Positions 26,996-38,421 of a stretch of 64,000 nucleotides of DNA are shown here, in pieces. The notes beneath the pieces are model-generated. The model did no database searches, was not told where the DNA came from, and saw only the letters and a program-made list of their open reading frames with translations. The stretch is from Candidatus Eiseniibacteriota bacterium. GTDB taxonomy: Bacteria; Eisenbacteria; RBG-16-71-46. The stretch spans positions 864,001 to 928,000 of the forward strand of contig CAVZLN010000003.1 in the NCBI GenBank assembly GCA_963776245.1, given 5' to 3'. The position numbers and the translations under genes were made by a program. Within the stretch, counting starts at the first letter, position 1, and every line of letters begins with the position of its first letter.

Positions 26996-27853
26996 ATGCT
27001 CACGCGCCGGAGATTCCTGCGGACCGGTGGGGCGGCCGCGGCCGGCGCCCTGGTCGGGGGCGTGTACGGCGTGCGCTTCGAGCCCCACTGGCTGGAGGTC
27101 ACGCGCCGCGAGCTGCCGGTCGCGGGGCTGCCGGGCACGCTGCGCGGGGCGACGCTGGTCCAGCTCAGCGACCTGCACGTCGGCGGGTGGATGGACGACG
27201 GCTACATCGTCTCGGTGCTCGAGCGCGTGCGCCGGCTGGCGCCCGACTTCATCGTCCACACCGGCGACTTCGTGACCCAGCGCCTCGGCGGGCCCTTCCT
27301 CGAGCGCCTGTCCCGGGTGATGCGTCACGCGCCGCGCGGCCGGCTCGGCACTCTCGGCATCCTGGGCAACCACGACTACGGCGGCGGATGGCTGGCGGCC
27401 GAGTACCCGGCCGAACGGGCGGCGGCGGTGTGCGCCCACGTGGAGGCCGCGGGAGTGACCATGCTCCGCAACGCGCACCTCACCCTCGCGGGCCTGACGT
27501 GGGTGGGGATCGACGATCTCTGGAGCGGGCGGCTCGACCTCGCGCGCGCGCTGGACGGCGTGCCGCCCGAGGCGCCGGCGATCCACCTCTGCCACAATCC
27601 GGATGGCGCCGACCTGCCGGGCTGGGAGGGCCGCCGCGGCTGGATCCTCTCGGGCCATACGCACGGCGGCCAGGTGCGACTGCCGTTCCTGCCCCCGCTG
27701 GTGCTCAACGTGCGCAATCGCCGCTACGTCGCGGGTGCGTTCGACCTGCGGGACGGGCGGCGGCTCTACGTCTCCCGCGGCGTCGGTTACGTGACGCCCA
27801 TCCGCATCGGCGTGCGCCCCGAGGTCGCGGTGTTCACGCTGGTGCCGGTGTGA
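26996..27853 (+). CDS. Tat-exported metallophosphoesterase (YkuE/YaeI-like)
   Basis: MLTRRRFL; SDLH, TGDF, GNHD, CHNPD, SGHTHGGQ and SRGVG motifs. Confidence 0.9.
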   Translation: MLTRRRFLRTGGAAAAGALVGGVYGVRFEPHWLEVTRRELPVAGLPGTLRGATLVQLSDLHVGGWMDDGYIVSVLERVRRLAPDFIVHTGDFVTQRLGGPFLERLSRVMRHAPRGRLGTLGILGNHDYGGGWLAAEYPAERAAAVCAHVEAAGVTMLRNAHLTLAGLTWVGIDDLWSGRLDLARALDGVPPEAPAIHLCHNPDGADLPGWEGRRGWILSGHTHGGQVRLPFLPPLVLNVRNRRYVAGAFDLRDGRRLYVSRGVGYVTPIRIGVRPEVAVFTLVPV

Positions 27854-27868
27854 GGCCGATCCTCCACC

Positions 27869-28996
27869 CTACCCCTTCGCCGCTCCCTCGCCGGCGCGGC
27901 CGCGCTCGTAGTACGCGGCCGTGAGGCGCTTCATGATGTCCGCACGGCGGTCGTAGAGGCGCTTGTGCCGGCGCGGCGCGTGCTTCGCGAGCGCGTACGC
28001 GGCGAGCAGCGGCAGCCCGATGGTCGAATCGGTGTAGCAGATGACCGTGCCCGGCAGCTGGTCGGGGTCGATCTTGCCCCACGACACCGCCTCGGCCGGC
28101 GTGGCGCCGGAGAGGCCGCCGGTGTCGGGCCTCGCGTCGGTCACCGCGAGGAAGTAGTCGTGGCCCTTCTCCGCGATGCCCAGGACCTCCTGGATCTGCG
28201 GCTCGGTCTGGAGCAGGAAGTTCTTGGGGCTGCCGCCGCCGAGGATGAACACGCCGCTCTTGCCACCCGCGGCCTTGGCGTCCCACACGATGCCCGCGGT
28301 CTCATTGACGTCGGCGTTCACGTCGATCATGAGCTTCGAGCCCTCGAGCGCCTTGGCCGCCACGTTCATGCCGATCGAGGAGTCGCCGGGCGACGAGGTG
28401 TACACCGGCACCCCGTACTGGTGGGCCACCGCGAGCAGCGAGCGCTTCTTCAGCCCCAGCGCCTCCTCGCGCGCGCGGATGTACTTCCCGCACAGGAAGT
28501 GGAACTCCGCGCTGCTCATGGTGCGCTGGAACTCGGGCGCGGCGATGATCTGGCGGAAGAACGCGTCGGTGTCGAGCAGCACCGAGTAATCGAAGAAGAT
28601 GTCGTAGATGCGCACCACGCCCTGCTCGCGCAGCGCGACGTCGTCCACCTGGAAGGTGCCGCGGTGCAGCGGCAGCCCGAGACCGAAGTGGGTGTCGTGG
28701 TACAGGTTCGCGCCGGTGGACACGATCCAGTCCACGAACCCGGCCTCGATGAGCGGGATGATCGCGCTCATGCCGAGCCCGGCGGGGGTGAGCGCGCCGG
28801 TGAGCGAGAGCGCCACCGTGACGTCGTCCTCGAGCATGCGTTCGGTGAGCAGCCGGGCGCCCTCGCGCAGGCGCGCGGCGTTGTAGGCGAGGAACGCGCT
28901 CTCGATCAGCTCGGCCGCGGTCTCCCGGCCGGTGATGGCGGGCGGGTCGATGCGCGCGCCGGTGATGTGCGGGTTGCGGCTGCCGGGCTGGGACAT
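27869..28996 (-). CDS. Deoxyhypusine synthase-like protein (probable homospermidine synthase)
   Basis: [25 protein letters not shown] and [16 protein letters not shown] motifs. Confidence 0.88.
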   Translation of the reverse strand: MSQPGSRNPHITGARIDPPAITGRETAAELIESAFLAYNAARLREGARLLTERMLEDDVTVALSLTGALTPAGLGMSAIIPLIEAGFVDWIVSTGANLYHDTHFGLGLPLHRGTFQVDDVALREQGVVRIYDIFFDYSVLLDTDAFFRQIIAAPEFQRTMSSAEFHFLCGKYIRAREEALGLKKRSLLAVAHQYGVPVYTSSPGDSSIGMNVAAKALEGSKLMIDVNADVNETAGIVWDAKAAGGKSGVFILGGGSPKNFLLQTEPQIQEVLGIAEKGHDYFLAVTDARPDTGGLSGATPAEAVSWGKIDPDQLPGTVICYTDSTIGLPLLAAYALAKHAPRRHKRLYDRRADIMKRLTAAYYERGRAGEGAAKG

Positions 28997-29155
28997 GTCG
29001 GGGTGCCTCGTGCGTGCGGTGGTCGTTCGAGCGAGAGTGGCGGGGAAGATACCCGCTCGCGCGCGTTGCACCAACACCGGCGACACACCGGGATTGCGGG
29101 GCGCAGGTGCGTTCGGCGGGGGGTCGGCGAGGGCACTCCACACGTCGGGCGCGCG

Positions 29156-29230
29156 GTCGGCGAGGGCGCCCGAGTCCTCCACGGTGCAATACCCACACGC
29201 ACCGTTCCGGACCCGGGCGCTCTCGCCGAC
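29156..29230 (-). repeat. Structured hairpin element copy 3
   Basis: Plus strand: GTCGGCGAGGGCGCCCGAGTCC-TCC-ACGGTGC-[AATACCCACAC]-GCACCGT-TCC-GGACCCGGGCGCTCTCGCCGAC; extra partial left arm at 29122-29134. Confidence 0.85.
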
Positions 29231-29234
29231 TCGG

Positions 29235-30047
29235 CTATGCGCGCAAGTGGGCCCCGATCGCGGTCGCGATCACCACGATGAGCCCGAACCCCACCTCGGC
29301 CAGCCCGAAGCGTTGCACACTCGTGCGCACCCGCCAGCGCGAGAGCCCGAACGCTGCGCGCAGCGCCAGCGCGGCGATGGCCGCGACGCCGAGCCACGGC
29401 GCCAGCCCGGCGCGGGCGAGCAGCGCCACGGCCGCCACGCCCGCCGCCTGCGCGACCAGCGCGGCCGCGACCGGCGCGGGCTCGCCGCGGTCGAGCCGCA
29501 GGCGCGCGCGCACGAACAGCACCGACGGCACGACGCGCGCCGCGAGCACGCCCCACAGCCCGAGTGAGGGCCCCGGCGCCCAGCCGGCCGCCAGCGGGAT
29601 GACCGCCGCGGTCGCGGCCAGCGCGAGCGCGCCCGCGATCTCGGCGGTCACCTCGCGCGCGCGCTGGCCGAGATCGGCCGCGAGCGCCAGCGCGGCCAGC
29701 GGCGCGGCGAGGGCGAGCGTCGGGATCACCGGGCCGCGCGCGAGCAGCACCGCGCCCGCGAGTGCCAGCGCGGCGAGTGCCACCAGCAGCGCGAACGCCC
29801 GCTCGGCAGCGGCGGTGCGGGCGTAACGCCGGCCGCGGCGCCGGTCGCCGAGCAACAGGCGCAGCGGCTGGCGCGCGAGGAACGCGGCCACCGCGGCGAA
29901 CGCCACCAGCGCGCCCGCCCACGAGGGTGCCACCGCGAGCCCGAGGACGATGGGCTCGCCGAGGAACGCCCAGCCGCCGTGCTCGGCGGGGAGCACGATG
30001 CGCCGCCAGGGCGTCGGCGCCGCGTCCGGGGCGGGCGCCGGGGTCAT
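29235..30047 (-). CDS. YwiC-like membrane protein
   Basis: [13 protein letters not shown]-terminal motif; multiple TMs; G..E near the C-terminus. Confidence 0.8.
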   Translation of the reverse strand: MTPAPAPDAAPTPWRRIVLPAEHGGWAFLGEPIVLGLAVAPSWAGALVAFAAVAAFLARQPLRLLLGDRRRGRRYARTAAAERAFALLVALAALALAGAVLLARGPVIPTLALAAPLAALALAADLGQRAREVTAEIAGALALAATAAVIPLAAGWAPGPSLGLWGVLAARVVPSVLFVRARLRLDRGEPAPVAAALVAQAAGVAAVALLARAGLAPWLGVAAIAALALRAAFGLSRWRVRTSVQRFGLAEVGFGLIVVIATAIGAHLRA

Positions 30048-30057
30048 CGCGCGCGGC

Positions 30058-31929
<1,872 letters not shown>

Positions 31930-32156
31930 GCAGCTCCTGTGGCGTGGGGTGGGAGCGGCCGTGGGCGGGGAATGTAGCGCGGGAGCGGTGCGCGGTTCCA
32001 GCCGAGGCCGCGCAGGCTCAATCGGTTCGGCCCGTGAGAAGACCCGGATCCGACCGGGACCAAGTCCGGGATTCCCCCGGCCCTTGACGGAGGAGTAGAC
32101 TTGCAGGTGCGCAAGCGCGAGGCACCGGGAGTCGTCGTGGGAGAAGGGGCCGCGTC

Positions 32157-32615
32157 ATGAACGCGAAGTTGCGCTGCTGGACGCTGTCGGTCGGTGTGGT
32201 TCTGGTGGCGATCTGGGCCGAGGCCGGCCAGGCCGGATTGAGGATCGTGCCTGCTGCCCCGCAGGTCGGTGACACGGTCAGGGTCGAGGTCGATTCCTGG
32301 TTCCCCAGCACCTGTTGGCGGGACACGGGCCAGACCTGCGCCGTCGGCCCGGACGATTCGCTGAAGTTCACGGTGGATGTCGGGTACTGCAGCGGGATGC
32401 CCTCGTGCGGGTGCGCCCTGGTCATCGTGCCGTATCACCGCGTCTGCGACTTCGGGGTCTTGCCGGCGGGGTCGTACATCGCGGTCTTCACCGAGCGACA
32501 CGTCTCGCCCTATGACCCCGAGCCGGGCTTCACCTGGTCGCTTCCATTCTCGGTCATCGGTCCGGTCCCCGCCCGGACGCACTCGTGGGGGCGGATCAAG
32601 ACCCTGTTCCGCTGA
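32157..32615 (+). CDS. Small secreted Cys-containing protein with C-terminal SWGRIKTLFR tail
   Basis: Signal peptide; six Cys in the mature part; ends PVPARTHSWGRIKTLFR. Confidence 0.75.
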   Translation: MNAKLRCWTLSVGVVLVAIWAEAGQAGLRIVPAAPQVGDTVRVEVDSWFPSTCWRDTGQTCAVGPDDSLKFTVDVGYCSGMPSCGCALVIVPYHRVCDFGVLPAGSYIAVFTERHVSPYDPEPGFTWSLPFSVIGPVPARTHSWGRIKTLFR

Positions 32616-32658
32616 TCGGAAGCGCCCGGTCGTCGATACGGGCCGCCTCCGCGCCCCC

Positions 32659-34035
32659 CTACACCCGCGCGAGCGCCTCCTTCAGGTCGTGGATGATGTC
32701 CTGCGGGTCCTCGATGCCGAGCGACATGCGCACGCCGCCCGGCTCGATGCCGGCGAGGCGCTGCTCCTTCACCGGCACCGCGGCGTGGGTCATCGAGGCC
32801 GGGTGCTCGATGAGCGTGCGGACCTGTCCGAGACTCACCGCGAGGGTGATGGCGAGCGAGCGCGTGGCGAGGTGGTCCATCATGCGCGCGCCGCGCCGCC
32901 GGGCCTGCGCGGGCGTGCCCTTGAGCACGAACGAAAGCAGGATCCCGGGCGCGAAGCGGCCATCCGGGCTGCGCATCTGGCGCCGCGCGAGCGCGTGCTG
33001 CGGATGCGAGCGCAGGCCGGGATAGCGCACGTAGGCCACCTTCGGATGGCGCTCGAGGAAGCGCGCCACCTGGAGCGCGATCTCCTGCTGGCGGCGGGTG
33101 CGCAGGCTGAGCGAGGGCAGGCCGTACACCAGCGTGGGCCACGCGCTGCGCGGCGAGAGCGGGCCGCCGAAGTCCTTGCGGTAGAGCAGCAGATCGCTCT
33201 CGAGCAGCCGCGGACCGATCACCGCGCCGCCCATGTCGGTGCCGAAGCCGCCGAGGTTCTTGGTCAGGCTGTGCACCACCAGGTCGATGCCGTGCTCGAG
33301 CGGCCGCTGGCCGAACGGCGTGGCGAACGTGTTGTCCACGACGGTGTAGATGCGGCGGTGGCGCTTGCCGCGCATGCGCCGCGCGCGCGCCGCGTTGGCC
33401 CGCGCCACCGCGCGCGCGACCGCCCGCAGGTCCACCAGCTCGAGCGTCGGGTTGCAGGGCGTCTCGAAGTACACCGCCATCACGTCGTCCTGCGCGAGCG
33501 CGGCCGCCAGCGCCGCGGGATCGGTGACGTCCACGAACTCCACCCGGATGCCGTAGCGCGGGTACCAGTTGGCGAGCAGCGAGTACGTGCATCCGTAGAG
33601 CGTCGGGTGCACGATCACGCGGTCGCCGGTGCGCAGCAGCACGCCGAGCGCGGCCGAGATCGCCGCCATGCCGGTGGCGAAGCACAGGCAGCGCTCGCCC
33701 CCCTCGAGCATCGCCAGGTTCTCCTCGAGCTGGCCGCGCGTGGGCTCGTCGAGGCGCTCGTAGATGTAGATCGGCGCGTGCTTCGCCCGGTCGAGGCCGG
33801 GGTTCGCGAACTCCAGGAACCCGGCCGCGCCGCGCTTCACGCTCTCGAGCCGGTACGCCGCCGACGCCGACTGGGGCGGCACGATGTGGTCGGAGTAGTT
33901 CCAGTGCTCGGTGTGGAAGCGTCCGTGCACCTGCACGGTGTCCGGCCGGTAGCGCTCCTCGACCCGGGTGGCGAGCCGGCCGTAGGTGTGCTGCTTCGAA
34001 CGCGCGGGAGCGCGGCGCTTGCGGCGCGGAGCCAT
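32659..34035 (-). CDS. PLP-dependent Cys/Met metabolism enzyme (methionine/cystathionine gamma-lyase family)
   Basis: [39 protein letters not shown] (PLP Lys), AVSLG, HPASMTH and SLGIED motifs; GAGGAGG RBS. Confidence 0.9.
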   Translation of the reverse strand: MAPRRKRRAPARSKQHTYGRLATRVEERYRPDTVQVHGRFHTEHWNYSDHIVPPQSASAAYRLESVKRGAAGFLEFANPGLDRAKHAPIYIYERLDEPTRGQLEENLAMLEGGERCLCFATGMAAISAALGVLLRTGDRVIVHPTLYGCTYSLLANWYPRYGIRVEFVDVTDPAALAAALAQDDVMAVYFETPCNPTLELVDLRAVARAVARANAARARRMRGKRHRRIYTVVDNTFATPFGQRPLEHGIDLVVHSLTKNLGGFGTDMGGAVIGPRLLESDLLLYRKDFGGPLSPRSAWPTLVYGLPSLSLRTRRQQEIALQVARFLERHPKVAYVRYPGLRSHPQHALARRQMRSPDGRFAPGILLSFVLKGTPAQARRRGARMMDHLATRSLAITLAVSLGQVRTLIEHPASMTHAAVPVKEQRLAGIEPGGVRMSLGIEDPQDIIHDLKEALARV

Positions 34036-34067
34036 GCTCGCCCTCCTCGGGTGTGGGATGGGTGGCG

Positions 34068-35066
34068 TCAGCGCCCGCGCGCGGGGCGCGGGCACAGGCG
34101 CACGACGTCGTCGACCTTCTTCGGGTCGGCGGGGAACAGCCCGACCCGGGCCAGCCGCGGCACCAGTTCCGCCCAGCGCGGCTCGGCCGCGAACACGGCG
34201 CGGAACGCCGGCCGCGCCTCCGCCTCGCGTCCGGCGCCGTACATCGAGACCGCGGCCCAGAAGCGCAGCTCCACCACGTCGGGCGCGAGCCGCGCCGCGT
34301 CGGCGTAGGCGCGCAGCGCGGAGTCCGGCAGGTTCGCGGCGATGAAGTTGTCGCCCGCGTCCTCGCGCAGGTAGGCGCGGCGCAGTTGCACCAGCCGGCG
34401 CAGCTCCTTGAGCGGGTACGGGTGGTCCTCGACGCGGAGGTCGAACAGCCGGTCCTCCCACGGCTTGCCGGTGGAGCGCGCGCGCACCACGAGGAGCGCC
34501 GCCGACTGGCGTCCGCGGAGGTCGCCGCCCGCCGCCTCGGCGGCGTCGAGTGCCGCGAGCAGCCGGTCGGCGAGGTCGCCGCGCGCCCGCTCGTAGGCCG
34601 CGCTCATCGCCGGCCACACCTTCGGGCTCGCCATCAGGTTCGCCTCCACCGAGTACTGCCGGCCGGTGAGGTGCCCGGCGTCGGGGATGCAGAGCTTGCC
34701 GGTGTGCGCGGCGACATTGCCGGCGGCGTCCACCATCGCGACCTGGCGCACGTCGGGATTGGGATCGGCGCGCAGCAGCGAGTCGAGCGCCGCGCTCGCG
34801 CTGAAGCCGCTCCGCATGAGCGCGAGGCCATTGGGGCCGTAGTCGATGAGCACCAGCGACTGGGTGGCCACCGCGCCCACCCCGGCCTCGGCCCACGGCA
34901 CCGCGGTGCCGACCGAGAAGTAGTGCGACTGCACCGCCACGCCGAGCTCGCCGGTCACCGAGTCGCGGGCCACGATGGAGTAGGTGTGGGCGAGCGGCTG
35001 AGGCGGTGCGCCCGGCGCGACGGGCGCGACGGCGAGCGCGAGGAGTGCGGAGGCCAGGGAGATCAT
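34068..35066 (-). CDS. DUF1028 (Ntn-hydrolase-like) secreted protein with C-terminal TPR-like helices
   Basis: HTYSIVARD..TGELGVAVQSH, VGAVATQS, GGDLRGRQSAAL and DLRVEDHP motifs. Confidence 0.85.
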   Translation of the reverse strand: MISLASALLALAVAPVAPGAPPQPLAHTYSIVARDSVTGELGVAVQSHYFSVGTAVPWAEAGVGAVATQSLVLIDYGPNGLALMRSGFSASAALDSLLRADPNPDVRQVAMVDAAGNVAAHTGKLCIPDAGHLTGRQYSVEANLMASPKVWPAMSAAYERARGDLADRLLAALDAAEAAGGDLRGRQSAALLVVRARSTGKPWEDRLFDLRVEDHPYPLKELRRLVQLRRAYLREDAGDNFIAANLPDSALRAYADAARLAPDVVELRFWAAVSMYGAGREAEARPAFRAVFAAEPRWAELVPRLARVGLFPADPKKVDDVVRLCPRPARGR

Positions 35067-35227
35067 CGCGGGCGCATCATAGCGCCGCGTCGCTCGGCGT
35101 GGCGAGCGGGCCGGGGCGAGCGCGGCGGCCATGCCGCCCGGGCGCGGCGCCCGGGCGCGGCGCGGGCACGCGGTCGCCGAAGCTCGAGGCTGGACGAACC
35201 CGCGGCGGGCTGTCTATCCTGCGCGCC

Positions 35228-36871
35228 ATGCACACACCGGACGTCGGGTCGGCGGCGGGGCGCGAGGCGTCTCCCGGCGGCCGGACCACGCGGCTGGACG
35301 TCGCCGTGCTGATCGCGATCCTGTTGCTCGGCACGGTCAACCTGGCGCAGCCGCTGGGCTGGGACCAGGCGATCTTCACGATCGCCGCGCGGCGTCTCCA
35401 CGAGGGCGCCCAGCTCTACCGCGACGTGTGGGACGTGAAGCAGCCCGGCCTGTTCGTGTTCTACCTGCTGGGCGGCAGCGCCTTCGGTTTCAGCGAGGTC
35501 GGGATCCACGCCTTCGAGCTGCTCTACTGGCTGGCGTTCTCGTTCCTGCTCCAGCGCTCGCTGAAGCGCGACTTCCCGCAGCCGTGGGCCGCGAGCCTCG
35601 CGCCGCTGCTGGTGGTGGGGCTCTACTACGCGGTCTCCGGGGACTGGCACCTGACCCAGGCCGAGGGGCTGGCGGGGTTCCCGATGTTCTTCGCGCTGAC
35701 GCTCGCCGCGCGCGCGGGGGAGGACGGCCGGTCGCCGGTGCGCGCGCTGGCGCTGTCGGGCCTGTGCGGCGGGCTGGTGCTGTTCCTCAAGCTGCTCTTC
35801 CTGCCCATCCTCGCGGTCTTCTGGCTGCTCGCGCTGGCGCGGGCGTGGCCGCGCCATGGCGCGGCGGCGACCCTGGCCGGCGCGGGCGCGATCGCCGCGG
35901 GCGCCGCGCTGCCGTTCGCGATCGCCGCGGCGTACTTCGCGGCCCACGGCACGCTCGGGCTCGCGTGGTGGACCAACATCGTCTATCCCCTCCAGCTGTC
36001 GCCGCCGCATCCACGTTTCCGCTCCGGCATGCTGATGGAGGGGCTCGGGTGGTTCGGGACCAACTGGGCGGTGCCCCTCGGGCTGGCGGCGTTCGGCGTG
36101 GTGGCCACGCTGGGGCGCGCGCGCGACCGCCTGATGCCCTCCCTGCTCGGGTGGTTCGGCGTGGGGTTCGCGGTCATCCTGGTGCAGCGGCTCTCGTGGT
36201 GGGAGTACCACTACCTGCTGCTCATGGTCCCGGTGGGCGTGCTGGCGGCGCGCGGTCTCGGCCTGCTGAGCCAGCGGCTGACGGACCCGGCCGACCGCAC
36301 CGGCCGGCGCACCGCGCTGGCGCTGGGCGTGGCGCTGACGCTGGCGTTCGCGCCCGCGCTCGGCACCGCGGGGCTCAAGGCGGTCTACTTCGCGCACGAC
36401 GGGTTCGCGCGGAACGCCGCGGCCCAGCGCTACCACGGGATCCGGATGAGCCGCGGGAGCGCGTACGCGAAGATCCTCGCCGACATCGGGCTGCTCTCGG
36501 CGCCCGGCGCCCGGCCGGGGCCGATCTACGTCGCGGGCAATCCGCTCTACCACTGGCTGTCCGGGCGCGACTCGGCGATCCCGCGCTTCGGCGGCGTGCT
36601 CACGACCTACGCCAGCGCGGCGGACTGGCAGGAGATCACCCGCGGCCTGAGCGCGGCGCGCCCGCCCTACATCTTCGTGGATCGGGTGTACCTCGAAGAA
36701 CTGCGCGGCATGCCGGAGCGCAGCGCGCCGTTCCTCGCGCTGCTCGAGGGCCGCTATCGCATGGTCCAGCAGAGCCGGATGGGCGCATGGTGGGAGCTGG
36801 GTGAGGGGGCCGCGCCGCGCGCCCCGGCGGTCGCCGTGCCCGAGCCGCCCGCGGCGGAGGAGGCGCGATGA
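35228..36871 (+). CDS. GT-C fold membrane glycosyltransferase (ArnT/PMT-like)
   Basis: WDQAIF...LYRDVWDVKQPG first loop, AE motif, many TMs. Confidence 0.75.
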   Translation: MHTPDVGSAAGREASPGGRTTRLDVAVLIAILLLGTVNLAQPLGWDQAIFTIAARRLHEGAQLYRDVWDVKQPGLFVFYLLGGSAFGFSEVGIHAFELLYWLAFSFLLQRSLKRDFPQPWAASLAPLLVVGLYYAVSGDWHLTQAEGLAGFPMFFALTLAARAGEDGRSPVRALALSGLCGGLVLFLKLLFLPILAVFWLLALARAWPRHGAAATLAGAGAIAAGAALPFAIAAAYFAAHGTLGLAWWTNIVYPLQLSPPHPRFRSGMLMEGLGWFGTNWAVPLGLAAFGVVATLGRARDRLMPSLLGWFGVGFAVILVQRLSWWEYHYLLLMVPVGVLAARGLGLLSQRLTDPADRTGRRTALALGVALTLAFAPALGTAGLKAVYFAHDGFARNAAAQRYHGIRMSRGSAYAKILADIGLLSAPGARPGPIYVAGNPLYHWLSGRDSAIPRFGGVLTTYASAADWQEITRGLSAARPPYIFVDRVYLEELRGMPERSAPFLALLEGRYRMVQQSRMGAWWELGEGAAPRAPAVAVPEPPAAEEAR

Positions 36872-38421
36872 ACCGCCTGCTCGCCCGCGTGCCGACGATC
36901 GTCCTGTGGGGCGCCGGGCTGCTCGCCGTCGGCGCGTTCGTCGCACTCGCCCCGGTGCGCATGCTGAGCCCGCTCGAGTTCGGCTTCGGCGACGGGATGA
37001 TGCTCGACCATGTGCTGCGCGTGGTGCACGGCCAGCCGCTCTACGTCGCGCCGACGCTCCAGTTCATCCCGCTCGCGTACATGCCGCTCTACGTGTACGT
37101 GGTGGCGCCGCTGGTGGCACTCTTCGGTCCGCACTTCTGGACCGGCCGGCTGGTCTCGCTGCTCGCCTCGCTCGGGCTCGCCTTCCTGACCGCGCGCATC
37201 CTGCGCCACGAGACCGGCCGCTGGTCGCTGGGCATCGCCGGCGCCGGGCTGTGCCTGATGGGGCAGGGGTTCTCGCGCGGCAGCTACGACACCTTCCGGC
37301 CCGATCCGCTCATGCTGCTGCTCGCGTTCTCCGGGCTCGCGACGCTGCGTTTCACCCGCGGCCGGGCGGGAGCGGTCGGCGCGGCGCTGCTGCTCGCCGC
37401 GGCGTTCTTCACCAAGCAGCACGCGCTCTGCTTCGGCGCCGCCGCGTTCCTCCACCTCGCGGTCTCGGATCGCGCGCGCCTGCCCGCGTTCGCCATCGCG
37501 TGGGTCGCCGCCTGCGCGGGCGGGTTCCTGCTGCTCTCGGCCACGCTCGGACCGTGGTTCAGCTTCTACGTGTATGACGTGCCCTCGCACTGGTCGGAGT
37601 TCAGCCGCGCGCGGATCCAGAGCTACCTCGGCCGGGACCTGCTCGGCCGGCTGGGCGGGCTCTCCATCCCCGTGCTGCTCTCGCTCGCGCTTCCCGAACG
37701 CCCGTGGCGCGGCCCCGCGGGGCTGTGGTGGTGGGTCGGTCTGGGCGGCGTGGGGACCGGATTGCTCGCCACGCTGGACCCGTGGGCCTACTTCCACGTG
37801 CTCATGCCCACGCTCACCGCGTTCGCGGTGCTCGGCCCGCTGGCGCTGAGCCGGATCGCCGATCGCCTCGGCGCGCCGGCGGACGCCGGCCGCGCCGGGC
37901 TGGGAGCGGTGGCGGCGGTGGTGGTGATCCAGTTCGTGGCGCTGGCCTATCCGGTGCGCTCCCTGCTCCCGGCGCCGCACGCGCGCGCGACGTACGAGGC
38001 GTTCGAGGCGCGGCTGCGCGGGATCCCGGGCCGCGTGATCGTGCCCACGCACGGCTTCTTCGCCTGGAGCGTGGGCAAAGGCAGCTCGCTGCACACGCTG
38101 CCGCTCGACGACATCCTGCGCTCGCGCGGCAACCGACTGCTGGCGCGCGATCCGCTGTACTTCGAGCGCATGTTCGAGACCCTGCGCCGCGGCCCCGGGC
38201 GCCCGATCCTCCTGTGCGACGCCGAACTCGATCGCGTCGGGGACGAGTCCCGTCCGCTCTGGGCCACGCTCGCGGGCAGCTACCGCCTGGTGGGCCGCTT
38301 CGGCGATCTCGCCGGATCGCTCGCCCCGCGCATCGGCTACCGCGGCGCGCCAGTGATGGTGTTCGCTCCGGTCGAGCCCGCGACCCCGGCGGTCCCGGCA
38401 CCCGCGTCGCCGGTGCCGTGA
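36868..38421 (+). CDS. GT-C fold membrane glycosyltransferase-like protein
   Basis: GQPLY...YMPLY...GRLVS...RPD...FFTKQ pattern; ATGA overlap with the upstream gene. Confidence 0.7.
   Translation: MNRLLARVPTIVLWGAGLLAVGAFVALAPVRMLSPLEFGFGDGMMLDHVLRVVHGQPLYVAPTLQFIPLAYMPLYVYVVAPLVALFGPHFWTGRLVSLLASLGLAFLTARILRHETGRWSLGIAGAGLCLMGQGFSRGSYDTFRPDPLMLLLAFSGLATLRFTRGRAGAVGAALLLAAAFFTKQHALCFGAAAFLHLAVSDRARLPAFAIAWVAACAGGFLLLSATLGPWFSFYVYDVPSHWSEFSRARIQSYLGRDLLGRLGGLSIPVLLSLALPERPWRGPAGLWWWVGLGGVGTGLLATLDPWAYFHVLMPTLTAFAVLGPLALSRIADRLGAPADAGRAGLGAVAAVVVIQFVALAYPVRSLLPAPHARATYEAFEARLRGIPGRVIVPTHGFFAWSVGKGSSLHTLPLDDILRSRGNRLLARDPLYFERMFETLRRGPGRPILLCDAELDRVGDESRPLWATLAGSYRLVGRFGDLAGSLAPRIGYRGAPVMVFAPVEPATPAVPAPASPVP

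Noticed and set aside
29156..29230. Hairpin as a riboswitch for the deoxyhypusine-synthase-like gene
   Set aside because: A candidate promoter (TTGGTG-N17-TATCTT, 29046-29074) lies between it and the gene, and sister copies flank unrelated genes.
32040..32080. Short CCGGGA-like direct repeats upstream of the 32157 gene
   Set aside because: Too short and GC-rich to distinguish from chance.
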